Positions 24,728-36,384 of a DNA stretch of 39,326 nucleotides are shown here, in pieces. The translations under genes and the position numbers were made by a program. The number at the start of each line of letters is the position of its first letter. The stretch's first letter is position 1. Source of the stretch: Chiloscyllium plagiosum (Eukaryota); the NCBI RefSeq assembly GCF_004010195.1, contig NC_057718.1, positions 1,081,606-1,120,931 of the forward strand. The letters run 5' to 3'. Under the pieces are notes generated by a model, which was not told where the DNA came from, did no database searches, and worked only from the letters and a program-made list of their open reading frames with translations.

Positions 24728-25424
24728 CACCATTCTTGGATAAACAGCTAATGTCTCAGACTATGACCCCCCTGGTGTGGACACCCTGGTCATTGAGAAC
24801 ATCCTTCCTATGTTTCCTCTGCCTAGTCCTGTTAAAATTTAAAGGTTTCTATGAGGTCCACAACTTATTCTTCTAATCTCCTTTGAATATCGGCCTTATC
24901 GATCCAGTACCTTTTCACATGTCAATCCTGCCATCTCAAGAATCTGTCTGGTAAACTCCCCCGCCCCCCTCATCCTTCCTCAGGTAAGGAGACCAAAACA
25001 GCACACAGTATTCCAGATTTGTACTTCCCAATTTCCCAATGTTCAGATAATAATCTGCCTGCTGGTTTTTGCTACCTAAGTGGATAACCTCACATTTATC
25101 CACATTATACTACATTTGCTCACTCACTCAATTTGACCAAATTACATTGAAAAGCTTCTCTGCATTCTCCTCCTGGGCTCACATTCCCACCCAGCTCTGT
25201 GTCACATTACACAAGATATTACATTACATTGCATTAATATATTCGTTCCCTCATCTAAATCATATCGCTGCCTGCCATTCAGAAAAAGACCCACTATTCC
25301 TTCTCTCTGTTTTCTGCCTGCCAGCCAGATTTCTATCCATGGCAGCACACTACCCCCCATTCCCTTATGTAAATCCATGCTGACTCCGACAATCCAATCA
25401 CTGATTTCCAAGTGCTCTTAACTA

Positions 25425-25755
25425 GATCAGATCACAGAATCCCCACAGTGTGGAAACAGGCCCTTCGGCACAACAAGTCCACACCGACCGTCTGAAGAGT
25501 AACCCACCCAGACCCATTTCCTCTACCCGATATTTACCCCTGACTAATGTACCTAATCTACACATCCCTGAACACTATGGACAATTTAGCATGGCAAATT
25601 CACCTAACCTACACATCTTTAGACTATGGGAGGAAACCCACGCAGACACGGGGAGAATGTGCAAACTCCACACAGTCGCCTGAGGCTGGAATCGAACCTG
25701 GGTCCTTGGTGCTGTGAGGCAGCAGTGCTAACCACTGAGCCACTGTGCCATCCCC
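25425..25755 (-). mobile_element. tRNA-derived V-SINE (HE1-like)
   Basis: A box TGGCTCAGTGG, B box GGTTCGATTCC and V-domain. Homologous to 16867-17176. Confidence 0.88.
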
Positions 25756-26564
25756 AAACTCTTATACATGAACTCTAGCATTTTCCCTACTACAGATGTC
25801 AGGCTGACCAATCTATAATTCCCTGTTTCTCTCCAGAAGGGGATTGGCTACTCTCTAATCCAAAGAGTCATCATGTTAAATGCCAACTTGGATTCTCTGT
25901 TCACTGACGCTGGTGAGGATTTCCAGTCTTTTCTGGTTTGACTTCAGATTTCTGCCAGGTTTAATTGTTCAGACTGACAGTCCATGCTGCCCCAAAAGTC
26001 AGTAAAGGAGCTTCACTCAACAATATCACATACAGAACGTAGGACATTACAGCGCAATACAGGCCCCTTCGGCCTTGGATGTAGCATTGATTTGTGAAAT
26101 TAATCTGATGCCCATCTAACCTACACCATTCCGTTATTATCCATATGTATGTCCAATGACCATTTAAATGCCCTCAATGTCAGCGAGTCTACTACTGTTA
26201 CAGGCAGATCGTTTCACACCCCTGCTACTCTCAGAGTAAAGAAATTACCCCTGATATCTGTCCTAAATCTATTACCCTTCAATTTAAAGCTATGTCCCCT
26301 CATGTTAGCCTTCACCATCTGATGAAAAAGGCTCTCACTGTCCACCCAATCTAACCCTCTGATTATCTTATACACCTTGATTACGTCATCTCTCAACCTT
26401 CTTCACTCCGGCGAAAACAGCCTCAGTTCCCTCAGCCTTTCCTCGTAAGACCTTCCCTCCATACCAGGCAACATCCTCGTAAATCTCCTCTGAACCCTTT
26501 CCAAAGGTTCCTTTAAAGCAATGACCAGAACTGTACGCAATACTCCAGGTGCGGCCTTACCAGT

Positions 26565-26695
26565 TTCCTGAAGAAGGGCTTGTGCCCGAAACATCAATTC
26601 TTCTGCTCCTTTGATGCTGCCTGACCTGCTGCACTTTTCCAGCAACACATTTTTCAGCTCTGATGCCCAGCATCTGCAGTCCTCACTGTCTCCTA
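26565..26695 (+). mobile_element. Short Penelope-derived insertion with hammerhead motif
   Basis: CTGAAGA-A-GGGC-TTGT-GCCC-GAAACATC from 26568. TSD GCGGCCT(T/A)ACCAGT at 26551-26564 and 26696-26709. Confidence 0.85.
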
Positions 26696-26855
26696 GCGGC
26701 CTAACCAGTGTCTTGTACAGCTGAAGCATGACCTTGTGGCTCCGAAACTCAATCCTTCCACCAATAAACACTAACACACCATATGTCTTCTTAACAACCC
26801 TATCAACATTGGTGACAACATTCCAGGATTTATACACCCAGACACCAAGATCTCT

Positions 26856-26948
26856 TTCCTGATGAAGGGCTTTTGCCCGAAACGTCAATTTTGCTGCTCG
26901 TCGGATGCTGCCTGAATTGCTGTGCTCTTCCAGCACCACTGATCCAGA
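26856..26948 (+). mobile_element. Short Penelope-derived insertion with canonical hammerhead core
   Basis: Perfect 12-bp TSD ACCAAGATCTCT at 26844-26855 and 26949-26960. The element starts TTCCTGATGA. Confidence 0.88.
26859..26886 (+). ncRNA. Minimal type I hammerhead ribozyme motif (Penelope-type)
   Basis: CUGAUGA-A-GGGC-UUUU-GCCC-GAAA-CG-UC contains the catalytic boxes, a 4-bp stem II and a palindromic ACGU stem III. Stem I is very weak and activity is untested. Confidence 0.65.
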
Positions 26949-29249
26949 ACCAAGATCTCTCTGTTCATCGACACTGCCAATAATTTTACCATTAGCCCAG
27001 TACTCTACATTCCTGTTACTTCTACCTCACACTTTTCCACATCAAACTCTATTTGACACTTCTCAGCCCAGCTCTGCATCTTATCTATGTCCCTCTGTAA
27101 CCCACAACATCCTTCAGTACGATCCACAACTCTGCCTATCTTAGTGTCTTCCGCAAATTTACTAACACATCCTTCTATGTCCACATCCAGATCACTGATA
27201 AAAATCACAAACAGCAGTGGCCCCACTGAACTCAGGATGAACATTTCCCATCAATGACCACACTCTGTCTTCTCCCAGCCGCCAATTTCTGATCCAAATC
27301 ACTAAATCCCTTTCAATCCCGAAAGGGATTTTGTGCAATAGCCTACCGTGGGGGACCTTATCAAAAGCCTTACTGAAATCCATACACACCACATCAACTA
27401 CTTTACCCTCATCCATCTGTTTCATCACCTTCTCAAAGAACTCAATAAGGTTAGTTAGGCATGACCTACCCTTCACAAAACTGTGTTGACTATCCCTAAT
27501 CAAATTATTCCTTTTCAGACGATTATAAATCCTCTCTTATAACCTTTTCTAACACCTTACCCACAACCAAAGTAAGGCTCACTGGTCTATAATTACCAGG
27601 TTTGTCCCGACTTCCCTTCTTAAACAAGGGAACAGCATTTGCTATCCTCCAGTCTTCTGGCACTAATCCTGTTGACCATTATGACATAAAGATCAAAGCC
27701 AAAGGCTCAGCAATCTCTTCCCTGGCTTCCCAGAGAATCGGAGGATAAATCCCATCCAGCCCAGGGGTCTTATCTATTTTCAGATCTTCCAAAATTGCTA
27801 AAACTTCCTCTCTGTCAGCCACAATCCCATCTAATCTTGTAGCTTGTCTCTCCATATTCTCACTAACATTGCCCTTTTCCAATGTGAATACTGACAAAAA
27901 ATATTCATTAAGTGCTTCCCCATGTCCTCAGATTCCATACACAACTTCCCAGTACAATCTTTGATTGGCCCTAGTCTTACTCTAGTCATTCTTTTATTCC
28001 TGATATATCTACAGAAGGCCTTAGGGTTTTCCTTGATCCTATCTGCCAACAACGTCTCATGTCCCCTCCTGGCTCTTAGCACTCTCTTTAGATCTTTTCT
28101 GGCTGACCTATAACTCTCAAGCCCCCTAACTGAGCCCTCACGTTTCATTCTCACATAAGCCTTCTTCTTCCTCTTGAGAAGAATTCAACTTCCTTAGTAA
28201 ACCATGGCTCCCTGTCTCGGCAACTACCTCCCTGCCTGATAGGTATATACTGGAGGTATATAGGTATGCAGTAGCTGTTCCTTGAATAAGCTCCACATTT
28301 CAAGTGTGTCCATCCTCTGCAGTTTCCTTCCCCATCCTAAATCTTGCCTAATTGCATCATAATTGCCTTTTCCCCAGTTATACCTCTTTCCCTGCGGTAT
28401 ATACCTATCCCTGCCCATTGCTATTGTAAACATAACCAAATTGTGGTCACTATCGCCAAGTTACTCACCTGCCTCCAAATCTAACACCTGGCCGGGTTCA
28501 TTCCCCAGCACCAAATCCAATGTGGCCTCGCCCCTTGTTGGCCTGTCTACATACTGTGTCAGGAAACCCTCCTGCACACATTGATCAAAAACTGACCCAC
28601 CTAAACTACTTGAACTCTAGTATTCTCAGTCAATATTGGGGAAGTTAAAGTCCCCCATAACAACTACCCTGTTACTCTCGCTCCTATTTAGAATCGTCTT
28701 TGCTAACCTTTCCACTACATCCCTGGAACAATTCGGAGCTGATAGAAAACTCCCAACAGGGTGACCTCTCCTTTCCTGTTTCTAACCTCAGCCCAAACTA
28801 TCTCAGTGGATGAGTCCTCAAATGTTGTCACAACTGCTGTCATACTACCCTTGATTCAGAATGCCACATCCCCAGCCTCTTTTACTATCATCTCTGTTCT
28901 TCCTGAAACATCTAAATCCCGGAATCTGCAGCAACCATTCCTGTCCCTCCTCTAGCCATGACTCTGAAATGGCCACAACATCGAAATCCCAGGTACCAAT
29001 CCAGGCTGCAAGTTCATCCACCTTATTCCGGATGCTCCTGGTGTTGAAGTACACACCAACATCCTGATTGCCGGTGCCCTCTCGCGACCTTGTAAACCCC
29101 TATCCCTGATCTCGCTACCCTCAACCGCCTGTACACTGGAGCTACAATTCAGGTTCCCATCCCCCTGCTGCATAGTTTATCTGGCACTTTAGCACTGTAG
29201 CATGGAGCAAGGCATTACCCTTTTATAACATCATCTGCATGTTGTCCCA

Positions 29250-30530
29250 CTACAACAGTGGCATCTACCCGAAAGTGTGGAAAAAGACTAAGGTATTTCT
29301 TGTCTACAAAAAACACGACAAATTCAACCCAGCTATTTACCAACCCATTAGTCTACTCTCAATAATCAATAAAGTGTGAAGGAAGGTGTCAGTAACAGAG
29401 CTACCAAGCAGCACCTGCTCAGCAATAACCTGCTCAGTGACACCCAGTTTGGGTTCCCCCAGGGTCACTCAGCTCCTGACCTCATTACAGCCTTGGGTCA
29501 AACATGGACAAAAGAGCTGAATTCCAGAGGCGAGGGGAGAGGGACAGCCCTTGACATCAAGGCTGCATTCGCCCGAGTGTGGCATTAAGGAGCACGAGTA
29601 AGACTGGAATCAGTGGGAATCGGGGGCAAACTCTTCACTGGTTGGAGTCATACCAGTCACATAGAGTCATAGAGATGTACAGCATGGAAACAGACCCTTC
29701 GGTCCCACCCGTCCATGCCGACCAGATATCCCAACCCAATCTAGTCCCACCTGCCAGCACCCGCCCCATATCCCTCCAAACCCTTCCTATTCATATACCC
29801 ATCCAAATGCCTGCAGCCGTGGTTGTTGGAGGGTCACTCATCTCAGCTCCAGGACATCTCTGCAGGAGTTCCTCAGGCCCAACCATCTACAGCTGCCTCA
29901 TCAATGACCTTCCCTCCACCTTAAAGATTGAAATGGGGATGTTCGTTGATGACTGCACAGTGTTCAGCTCCATTTACAACTCCACAGATACTGAAGCAGT
30001 CAGTGTTCAAGTGCAACACAACCTGGATAATATCCAGGCTTGGGCTCATAAAAGGCTAGTACTATTCATGCCACACAAATGCCAGGCAATGACTTTCTCC
30101 AATAAGTCATGATCTAACCTCCTGGTCATTCAATGGCATTACCATCACTGAATCACTATACCTGAGGGTTATCACTGACCAGAAACTGAACTGGACTATC
30201 CATTAATACAGTGGTAACAAGAATAGGTCAGAGGAAAACTTCCTGACTGCCCTATGCCTATCCACCATCTACAAAACACAAGTCTGGAGTACGATGGAAT
30301 AATCTGTCTCCTCTGTGATGGAATAATCCCCACTTGTCTGAATGGGTCCAGCTCTGACAAGACTCAAGAACAACACCATCCAGAATAAAGCAGCTTTCTT
30401 AATTGACACCGTATCCTGATGAAGGGCTTATGCTCAAAACGTCGATTCTCCAGCTCTTCAGATGCTGCTTGACCACCTGTGCTTTTCCAGCACCACTCTC
30501 TTTGACCATATCTACCACCATCAACAATGT
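29250..30530 (+). mobile_element. Decayed L2-type LINE RT with a nested CR1 tail (29659-29810, minus) and a Penelope-derived insert (30416-30504)
   Basis: LLSDTQFGFPQGHSAPDLITAL, ALDIKAAFARVWH, GPTIYSCLINDLPS, MFVDDCT. Confidence 0.85.
30416..30504 (+). mobile_element. Short Penelope-derived insertion with partly decayed hammerhead motif
   Basis: CTGATGA-A-GGGC-TTAT-GCTC-AAAACGTC. Probable TSD ACC(G/A)TATC at 30408-30415 and 30505-30512. Confidence 0.75.
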
Positions 30531-30782
30531 CTCTAACAGGAACAGCTCGCTGTTGTGCACGGACTGGGACTTGGATGTCAAAGGATGGTAAACCTGGGGA
30601 TATTGCTGTCTGCAGTCAAGGTTTGCAGACCAAGCAGCTAGACACAGAGTTAGCAGGTATCACTAGACACCTTTTAGGATCACCTTGCTGCAGGAAAGAT
30701 ACAATGTGAAATGGATATTGAAAGTTCCAGGTATCCTATTTGCTCCCATTGTGCTCAATGGCAGGCTGTGCCATTCACTTAC

Positions 30783-30902
30783 CCGTGTATCAAGCTCCTC
30801 TGGGTCATCAGGTGTGGTGCAGTTGGTATGTAGACTGCCATTACAGTCTGTGGTGTTGATCAACAGGGGTGAGTTTCCATTGGATGATGTGAGAGACAAC
30901 TT
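30783..30902 (-). CDS. ADCY3: ADCY3-like internal exon (C1b linker)
   Basis: CTCTTTTTCAG acceptor, KLSLTSSNGNSPLLINTTDCNGSLHTNCTTPDDPEELDTR, GTAAGT donor. 120 bp, phase 0/0, which fits both neighbouring exons. Resembles ADCY3 SSSPALIETKEPNGSAH...PEEQD. Confidence 0.85.
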
Positions 30903-31224
30903 CTGAAAAAGAGCAGATTATCTGGTAAACAGATGAGAGAGAGAGAGAGAGAGAGATTGCTGGATAAATCAAAAAGACAAAGAGACAGAGAGAGAGAGAG
31001 GTATAGGAACAGGAGTAGGCCAATCAGCCCCTTGACCCTGTTCTGCCATTCTATGAGATTATGGCTGAACTATGACCTAACTCCACGTGCCTGTCTTTGG
31101 CCCATATTCCTTCATATCTTTGCTTAACAAAGATTACCAACTGATCTAGCATCACATGCCGTTTGTAGAAGAGAGTTCCAAATCTTTACCAATCTTTGTG
31201 TTTAGAAGTACTTCTAACAGAAGA

Positions 31225-31435
31225 AAAGAAAATGACAGACAGACAGACACACAGGTAAACAGAAAACAGAGAGACAAAGAAATATAGACAGACAGAGAGA
31301 GACAAGAGATAAAGAGAGACAGATAGACAGAAAGAAACAGAAAGAGAGAAAACAAGGAAACAGAGAAAGAGAGGCAACGATGGACAGAAGGAGAAGTTTA
31401 CAGAAACAGGGACTGAGAGAGAGAGAGAGAGAGAT
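31225..31435. repeat. GA/GACA-rich low-complexity tract
   Basis: Seen directly. A similar (GA)n tract lies at 30934-31000. Confidence 0.8.
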
Positions 31436-31582
31436 CATTTGTTCAGCTCGGGTAAAAGAGAGAAGTCACAAATCAAATCGGAGAGAGATCATTGGAAAAT
31501 ATGACGACAGTCACTTTGGCTTGAGGAATAGGAAAGCAGAATCTTATTTAAATGAGGAGTGACTGGAGAACGCTGCAATACT

Positions 31583-31945
31583 GGGGGGGTGATGGTCTCC
31601 TGGTATTATCGATGGACTGTTAATCTAGAGACCCAGATAACATCCTGCGGATCTGGGTTCGAATCCTGTCATGGCAGATGGTGGAAGTTGACTTCAATTA
31701 AAGAAAATCTGGAATTAAGAATCTAATGATGACCATGAATCCATTGTCGATTTTTGGAAAAACCCATCTGAATCACTAATGTCCTTCAGGGAAAGAAACT
31801 GCCATCCTTACCTGGTCTGGCCTACATGTGACTCCAGACCCACAGCAACGTGGTTGACTCTTAACTGCCCTCTGGGCAATTAGCGATTGGCAATAAACGC
31901 TGCCTAGCCAACGATGCTCTAATTCTGTGAATTAATTTAAAAAAA
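31583..31945 (+). mobile_element. tRNA-derived SINE with L2-like tail (resembles Deu-domain SacSINE1 type)
   Basis: B box GGTTCGAATCC, body CTTACCTGGTCTGGCCTACATGTGACTCCAGACCCACAGC, tail GGGCAATTAG..GGCAATAAA and an A-rich end. Family name is from recall. Confidence 0.75.
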
Positions 31946-32039
31946 CTGAGAGAGCTGGGTCTCCTTCTACACTGTAAAGACAGTCTCTTTTTAGTTTTCT
32001 GCATTTTTGATTGTGGACTTAAAATAGAACCGTCATCGC

Positions 32040-32715
32040 ATCGAAAAAGGTGAACTGATTATCAAGAGTCAGTGTAGATTTTTGAAGGGGACATTGTGTT
32101 TATCTAACTTGCTGCAGGTTTTGAAGAGGTAACGGAAAAGGCTTGATTAAGGTGACACTGCTTATGTGCTGTACATACATTTCCAGAAAGTGATTGATAC
32201 AGCGCCACACAACAGACTGGTGAGAAAAGTTATAGGTAGTGGCATAAGAGGGGCAGTAGCAACACAGGGTGTGTGATGGGAAATAGGGAACATAGGTCTG
32301 AAGGAATGTTTCGAGTGTAAATTCTAGGGGTTGGTATTGGGAGCCTTGTTTGTCCTGATATACAGTAATGATCTGGATCTTCGTGTGCAGGAGACAATTT
32401 TAATGTTTGAAGACCGACATTAAACTTGAAGAATTGCAAATTGTGAGGAGGACAGTGTGGAACTCCAAAAGGACATTTATAAGTTGGTGGAGTGGGCAAA
32501 AAGGTGGCAGATGAGGTCCAATGCAGAGAAGTGTGAGGTGATACATTTTGGGCAGAAGAACACTGAAAGTCAATATACAATTTTAAAGTGGCCGCAGGAG
32601 CAGATTTGTGTATATGTGCACAAACCATTGAAGATGGCAGGACAGGTAGAGAGAGCAGTTAATAAAGCATGCAGGGATCTCAGGTTTATTAATAAAGGCA
32701 TAGAATACAAACTGG
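32040..32715 (+). mobile_element. Highly decayed CR1 RT fragment
   Basis: LQKDIYKLVEWAKRWQMRSNAEKCEVIHFG, QVERAVNKA. Confidence 0.75.
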
Positions 32716-33645
32716 ACAATTTACATGTGGGGCAGGACCAGGACTGAGTGCCTTGGAAGAGAATTAGCAAGAGTGTTTGGGGATGAATTAATCCAAAATG
32801 GCAGGTTAATGGGAACCTATGCAATGTACCAGAGGAAGGAGAATCAAGGGCACAAATAAAATACAGAAAGGGGAATAAGAAGGTGGGAACTCAATGACCA
32901 GAACCAAACAGGGACACTAAAAGACAATGCAAATGGGACAAATAATGTGAAAAAGACAAGACTTAATGCTTTGTGCTTTAACACATGGAGCATTCGTAAT
33001 AAAATGGATGAATTAATCATGTAAATCATGTAAATCGATGAAAACAGGGATGAAATAGTCAAACGTACAGAGACAGGAGTGATGGGGGATGGGAATGAAC
33101 ATTCAGAATGTTCAGTATTTAAGAACAACAGATAAAAAGGAAAATGTGGTTGGACAGCATTACCAGTTAATAGGAAACTAACAAACTAGTGAGGACGGAT
33201 ATTAAGGATATTATCTGCAACAATGTGGTATCAGAATGGGCATAGCTGAGGAATACCAAGAGGCAAAATACATCAGTGGAGTTGTATATTGACCCCCAAA
33301 CTATAGGGATGATGTTGGGAATAGCATTAAATAGGAAATTAATTTTGCAATTTTGTGTGATTATAATCTACATATGGATTGGGCAAATCAAATCAGTAAC
33401 AAAACTAGAGAGGAGGAATTCCTGGAATGTACACAGGATCATTCTTTGGACCAATGCATTGAGGAACCGACTAGAGAACAGGCCATCTTAGACTGTATTG
33501 TATAATAAGAAAGGAATAATTAGCAATCTAGTTGGGGAGGCCCCCTGGGGATGAGCAACCAGAATATGATAGAATTCCTCATCAAAGTGGCAAGTGAGAT
33601 AATTGATTCTGAGACTAGGGTCCTGAATTTAAATAGAAGAAATTA

Positions 33646-33840
33646 CAGGTTGTTCTGCTATAACGCATATTTTGTTAACATGAGTTCGCCATAACACGAT
33701 TGACGAACTGAGGACATTGTTTCTAAAGTGTGAACTTTTAAAATGTGTGTTGGCTGTAATATGATTACATCGCCAACACTTTAAGTGCTGTTTCTAAAGC
33801 ATTATTTTTCTATGGCATGGGGTTGCACAAGAACGACCTG
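33646..33840. mobile_element. Non-autonomous DNA transposon (Tc1/mariner-pogo-like MITE)
   Basis: Terminal inverted repeats CAGGTTGTTCT and AGAACGACCTG (10/11). TA precedes the left end. Interrupts the CR1 sequence. Confidence 0.6.
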
Positions 33841-33924
33841 CCCAGTGGTAGAAGGTGTGAGTTGGCTATGCTGGATTGGGGAACACTACTGAAAGGGGCA
33901 ATGGTGGAAAAGCAACAGCAAACA

Positions 33925-34272
33925 TTTCTTTTTTGCTCATTCACAGGATGTGGGCATTTATTGCCCATCCCTAATTGCCCAGAGAGCAGTTCAGGGTGAA
34001 CCACATTGCTGTGGATCTGGAGTCACATGTAGCCAGACCAGATGAGGATAGCAGATTTCTTTCTCTAAAAGGATGTGAGTGGATAGATGGGTTGTTTTCT
34101 TGACAATCAGCAATGGTTTCATGGTCATTATTAGTTGTGTTAATTCCACTTTTAAAACGAATTCAAATTCCACCATCTGCTAATGACAGGATTTGAACCC
34201 AGGTCCCCAGAACATTAGCTGGATCATTAGATTAATGGTCTAGTGATAATACCACAAGGTGATAACCTCCCA
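33925..34272 (-). mobile_element. tRNA-derived SINE with L2-like tail (same family as 31583-31945)
   Basis: Reverse-complement homology to 31583-31945. Minus-strand B box GGTTCAAATCC. Confidence 0.75.
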
Positions 34273-34885
34273 CGAAACCACATGCATGAACTGCAATAAT
34301 TGCTCATTCCTGTCTGCAACAAAAGTAAAATGGGAAAGATGACAAGCCAAGTGTCCAAAAGAAATTAGAGATAAAAAAGGAATCAAAATTAAATCACAGG
34401 GAGAGTATTTAAACTGGCCAGAATAAAAACAACAGACCTGAGTAGAGGGAGCAGTTTAGAATTCAGCAAAGGAGGAGAGAGGGATTGATTCGGAAGTGGA
34501 AAATAGAGTATGAGAGTAAGCTTGCAATTTATGGAACATATATATTGACTGAAAAAGTATCTATAGGTATTTGAAGAGACTAATGAAGACAAATGTAGGT
34601 TCCTTACAGTCAGAAAGGGGAATTCATAATGAGAAATGACGACTAACTAAACACATAATTTGGTTCTGTGTTCAGAAAGGATGACATAAGTAACATCTCA
34701 GGAATGTCGCAGAACCCAGTGTTGAGGGATCGCGAGGAACTGAGGGAGATCAGTATTAGCAGGGAAATGGTGTTGGGGAAATTGGTCGCATTAAAGGCTG
34801 ATAAACTCCCAGGAATGATAGTCTACATCCCACAGCAGCCTTAGAGATAGTTGATGCATTGGTGGTCATCTTATAAGATTCTATA

Positions 34886-35058
34886 CGTGAAGGTGAGGAC
34901 TGCAGACGCTGGAGATTAAAGTTGAGAGCATCCTGCTGGAAAAGCACAGCAGGTCAGGCAGCATCTGAGGAGCAGGAGAGTTGATGTTTCAGGCAAAAAC
35001 CTGATGAAGGACTTTTGTCCAAAACGTCGACTCTCCTGCTCCTCGGATACTGCCTCGT
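34886..35058. mobile_element. Penelope-derived short insertion as an imperfect inverted dimer
   Basis: Minus-strand copy at about 34889-34999 is joined to a plus-strand copy starting CTGATGA-A-GGAC-TTTT-GTCC-AAAACGTC (35001). Degenerate TSD TTATAAGATTCTATA / TTACAAGCTTCTACA. Confidence 0.75.
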
Positions 35059-36384
35059 TTACAAGCTTCTACAGACTGTGGAACATATCCAACAGATTGG
35101 ACCGTAGCTAATGTAATCCCTCTATTTAAAAAGGGAGGCAGAGAGAAAACTGGGCATTATAGACCAGTCAGCCTGATGTCAGTAGTAGGAAAAATGCCAG
35201 AATACATTACAAAATAATAGCTAAGCATTTGGAAAACAGTGCAGGATTGGACACTGTCAGGATGGATTTGCAAAATCTATTGGAATATTTCAAGGCTATA
35301 TCTAGTAGAACTGTTCAGAGAGAGCCAGTGGATGTAGTTTATTTGGACTTTTAAAAGGCATTTGAAAAGGTCCATGTAAGAGATTAGGGCAAAATTGAAG
35401 TGTATGGGACTGGGGCCAGTGTTTTGAGATGGATGGCAGACAAGAAATAAAGAGTGTGAATAAATGGGTCTTTTCCCAAATGGCAGACAGTGGGGTACCA
35501 TAGGGATTGGTACTAGAAACCTACCTGTTCACAATATATATTATTAATTTAATATCCCTAAATTTACAGGGAGGATGAGGAGGATGCAGAAATGCTGCAG
35601 CATGACTTGATCAGGCTGAGTGAGTGAGCAAATGCATGGCAGGCGCAGTACGATGTGGATAAATGTGATGCTATCCTCTTTGGTAGCAAAAGCAGAAAGG
35701 CAGGTTATTGACTGAATGGCTGTAAGTTGAGAGAAGGGAATGTGTAACAAGGTCTAAGCATGCAGCAGGCAGGACAGGCAGCACATGGTATGGTGCCCTT
35801 TGAGTACATGAGCAGGAGTGTCTTGTTGCAATTATACAGGGACTTGGTGAGGCCACACCTGGAATATGGTGTGCAGTTTTAGTCTCCTTATCTGAGGAAG
35901 GATGTTCTTACTATTCAGGCAGTGCAGTGAAGGTTTCGAGACTGATTCCTCAGATGACAGGACTGATGTATGAGGACAGACGGAGTTGGGGGAATCACAG
36001 TCTAAGGATACAGGTTAAACCTTTTAGTCTGAGCTGAGGAGAAATGTCCTCATTCAGAGAGTAGTGAGCCTTCAAGACATATCTGGACAAACTCATGAAT
36101 AGGAAGGGATCTTCTAAGTGAAGGCAGGTTTACAATGGAAGGATAAAATGTGCTGGCACAGGCTTGGAGGGCCAAATGACCTTTGCTGGATTGACCTTTG
36201 TTCTCTGTGGAATTCTCTGCCACAGAAAATGGTTGAGGCCAAAACATAGTGTGACTGCAAGAAGGAGTTGGATATAGCACTTGGGGCTAAAGGAATCAAA
36301 CGACAAAGGCAGGAACAGCAGAATGGCCTACTGCTGCTGTATTTTCTATGTTTCCATGAAACTCTCCAGTCCCCCCAGATTCAC

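Larger units (their letters stand above)
26030..29180 (-). mobile_element. Long decayed CR1 LINE (APE endonuclease, RT and 3' UTR) carrying two nested Penelope-derived inserts
   Basis: APE start YFNTRSIRNKVDEL...DVVAISESWL; RT SQHSFVKGRSCLTNL, MDFSKAFDKVPH, FAEDTKIG, LERVQRRFTRMLPG. Many stops and frameshifts. Confidence 0.92.
32800..36350 (+). mobile_element. Old long CR1 LINE (APE to 3' UTR) with nested MITE, SINE and Penelope-derived insert
   Basis: APE-start-like DNA at about 32960-33015 (CFNTWSIRNKMDELI), ANVIPLFKKGGREK.G.YRPVSL at about 35105-35175, LVRPHLEY at about 35843, and a CR1-like 3' UTR ending at about 36350. Confidence 0.8.

Noticed and set aside
26030..29180. Active autonomous CR1
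   Set aside because: ORF2 has many stops, frameshifts, deletions and two nested insertions.
30520..30690. Possible extra ADCY3 exon (minus-strand GLPSFDIQVPVRAQQR...)
   Set aside because: The true [13 protein letters not shown] exon is at 24153-24295 and joins 30783 in phase. This frame has no convincing homology and runs into TE sequence.
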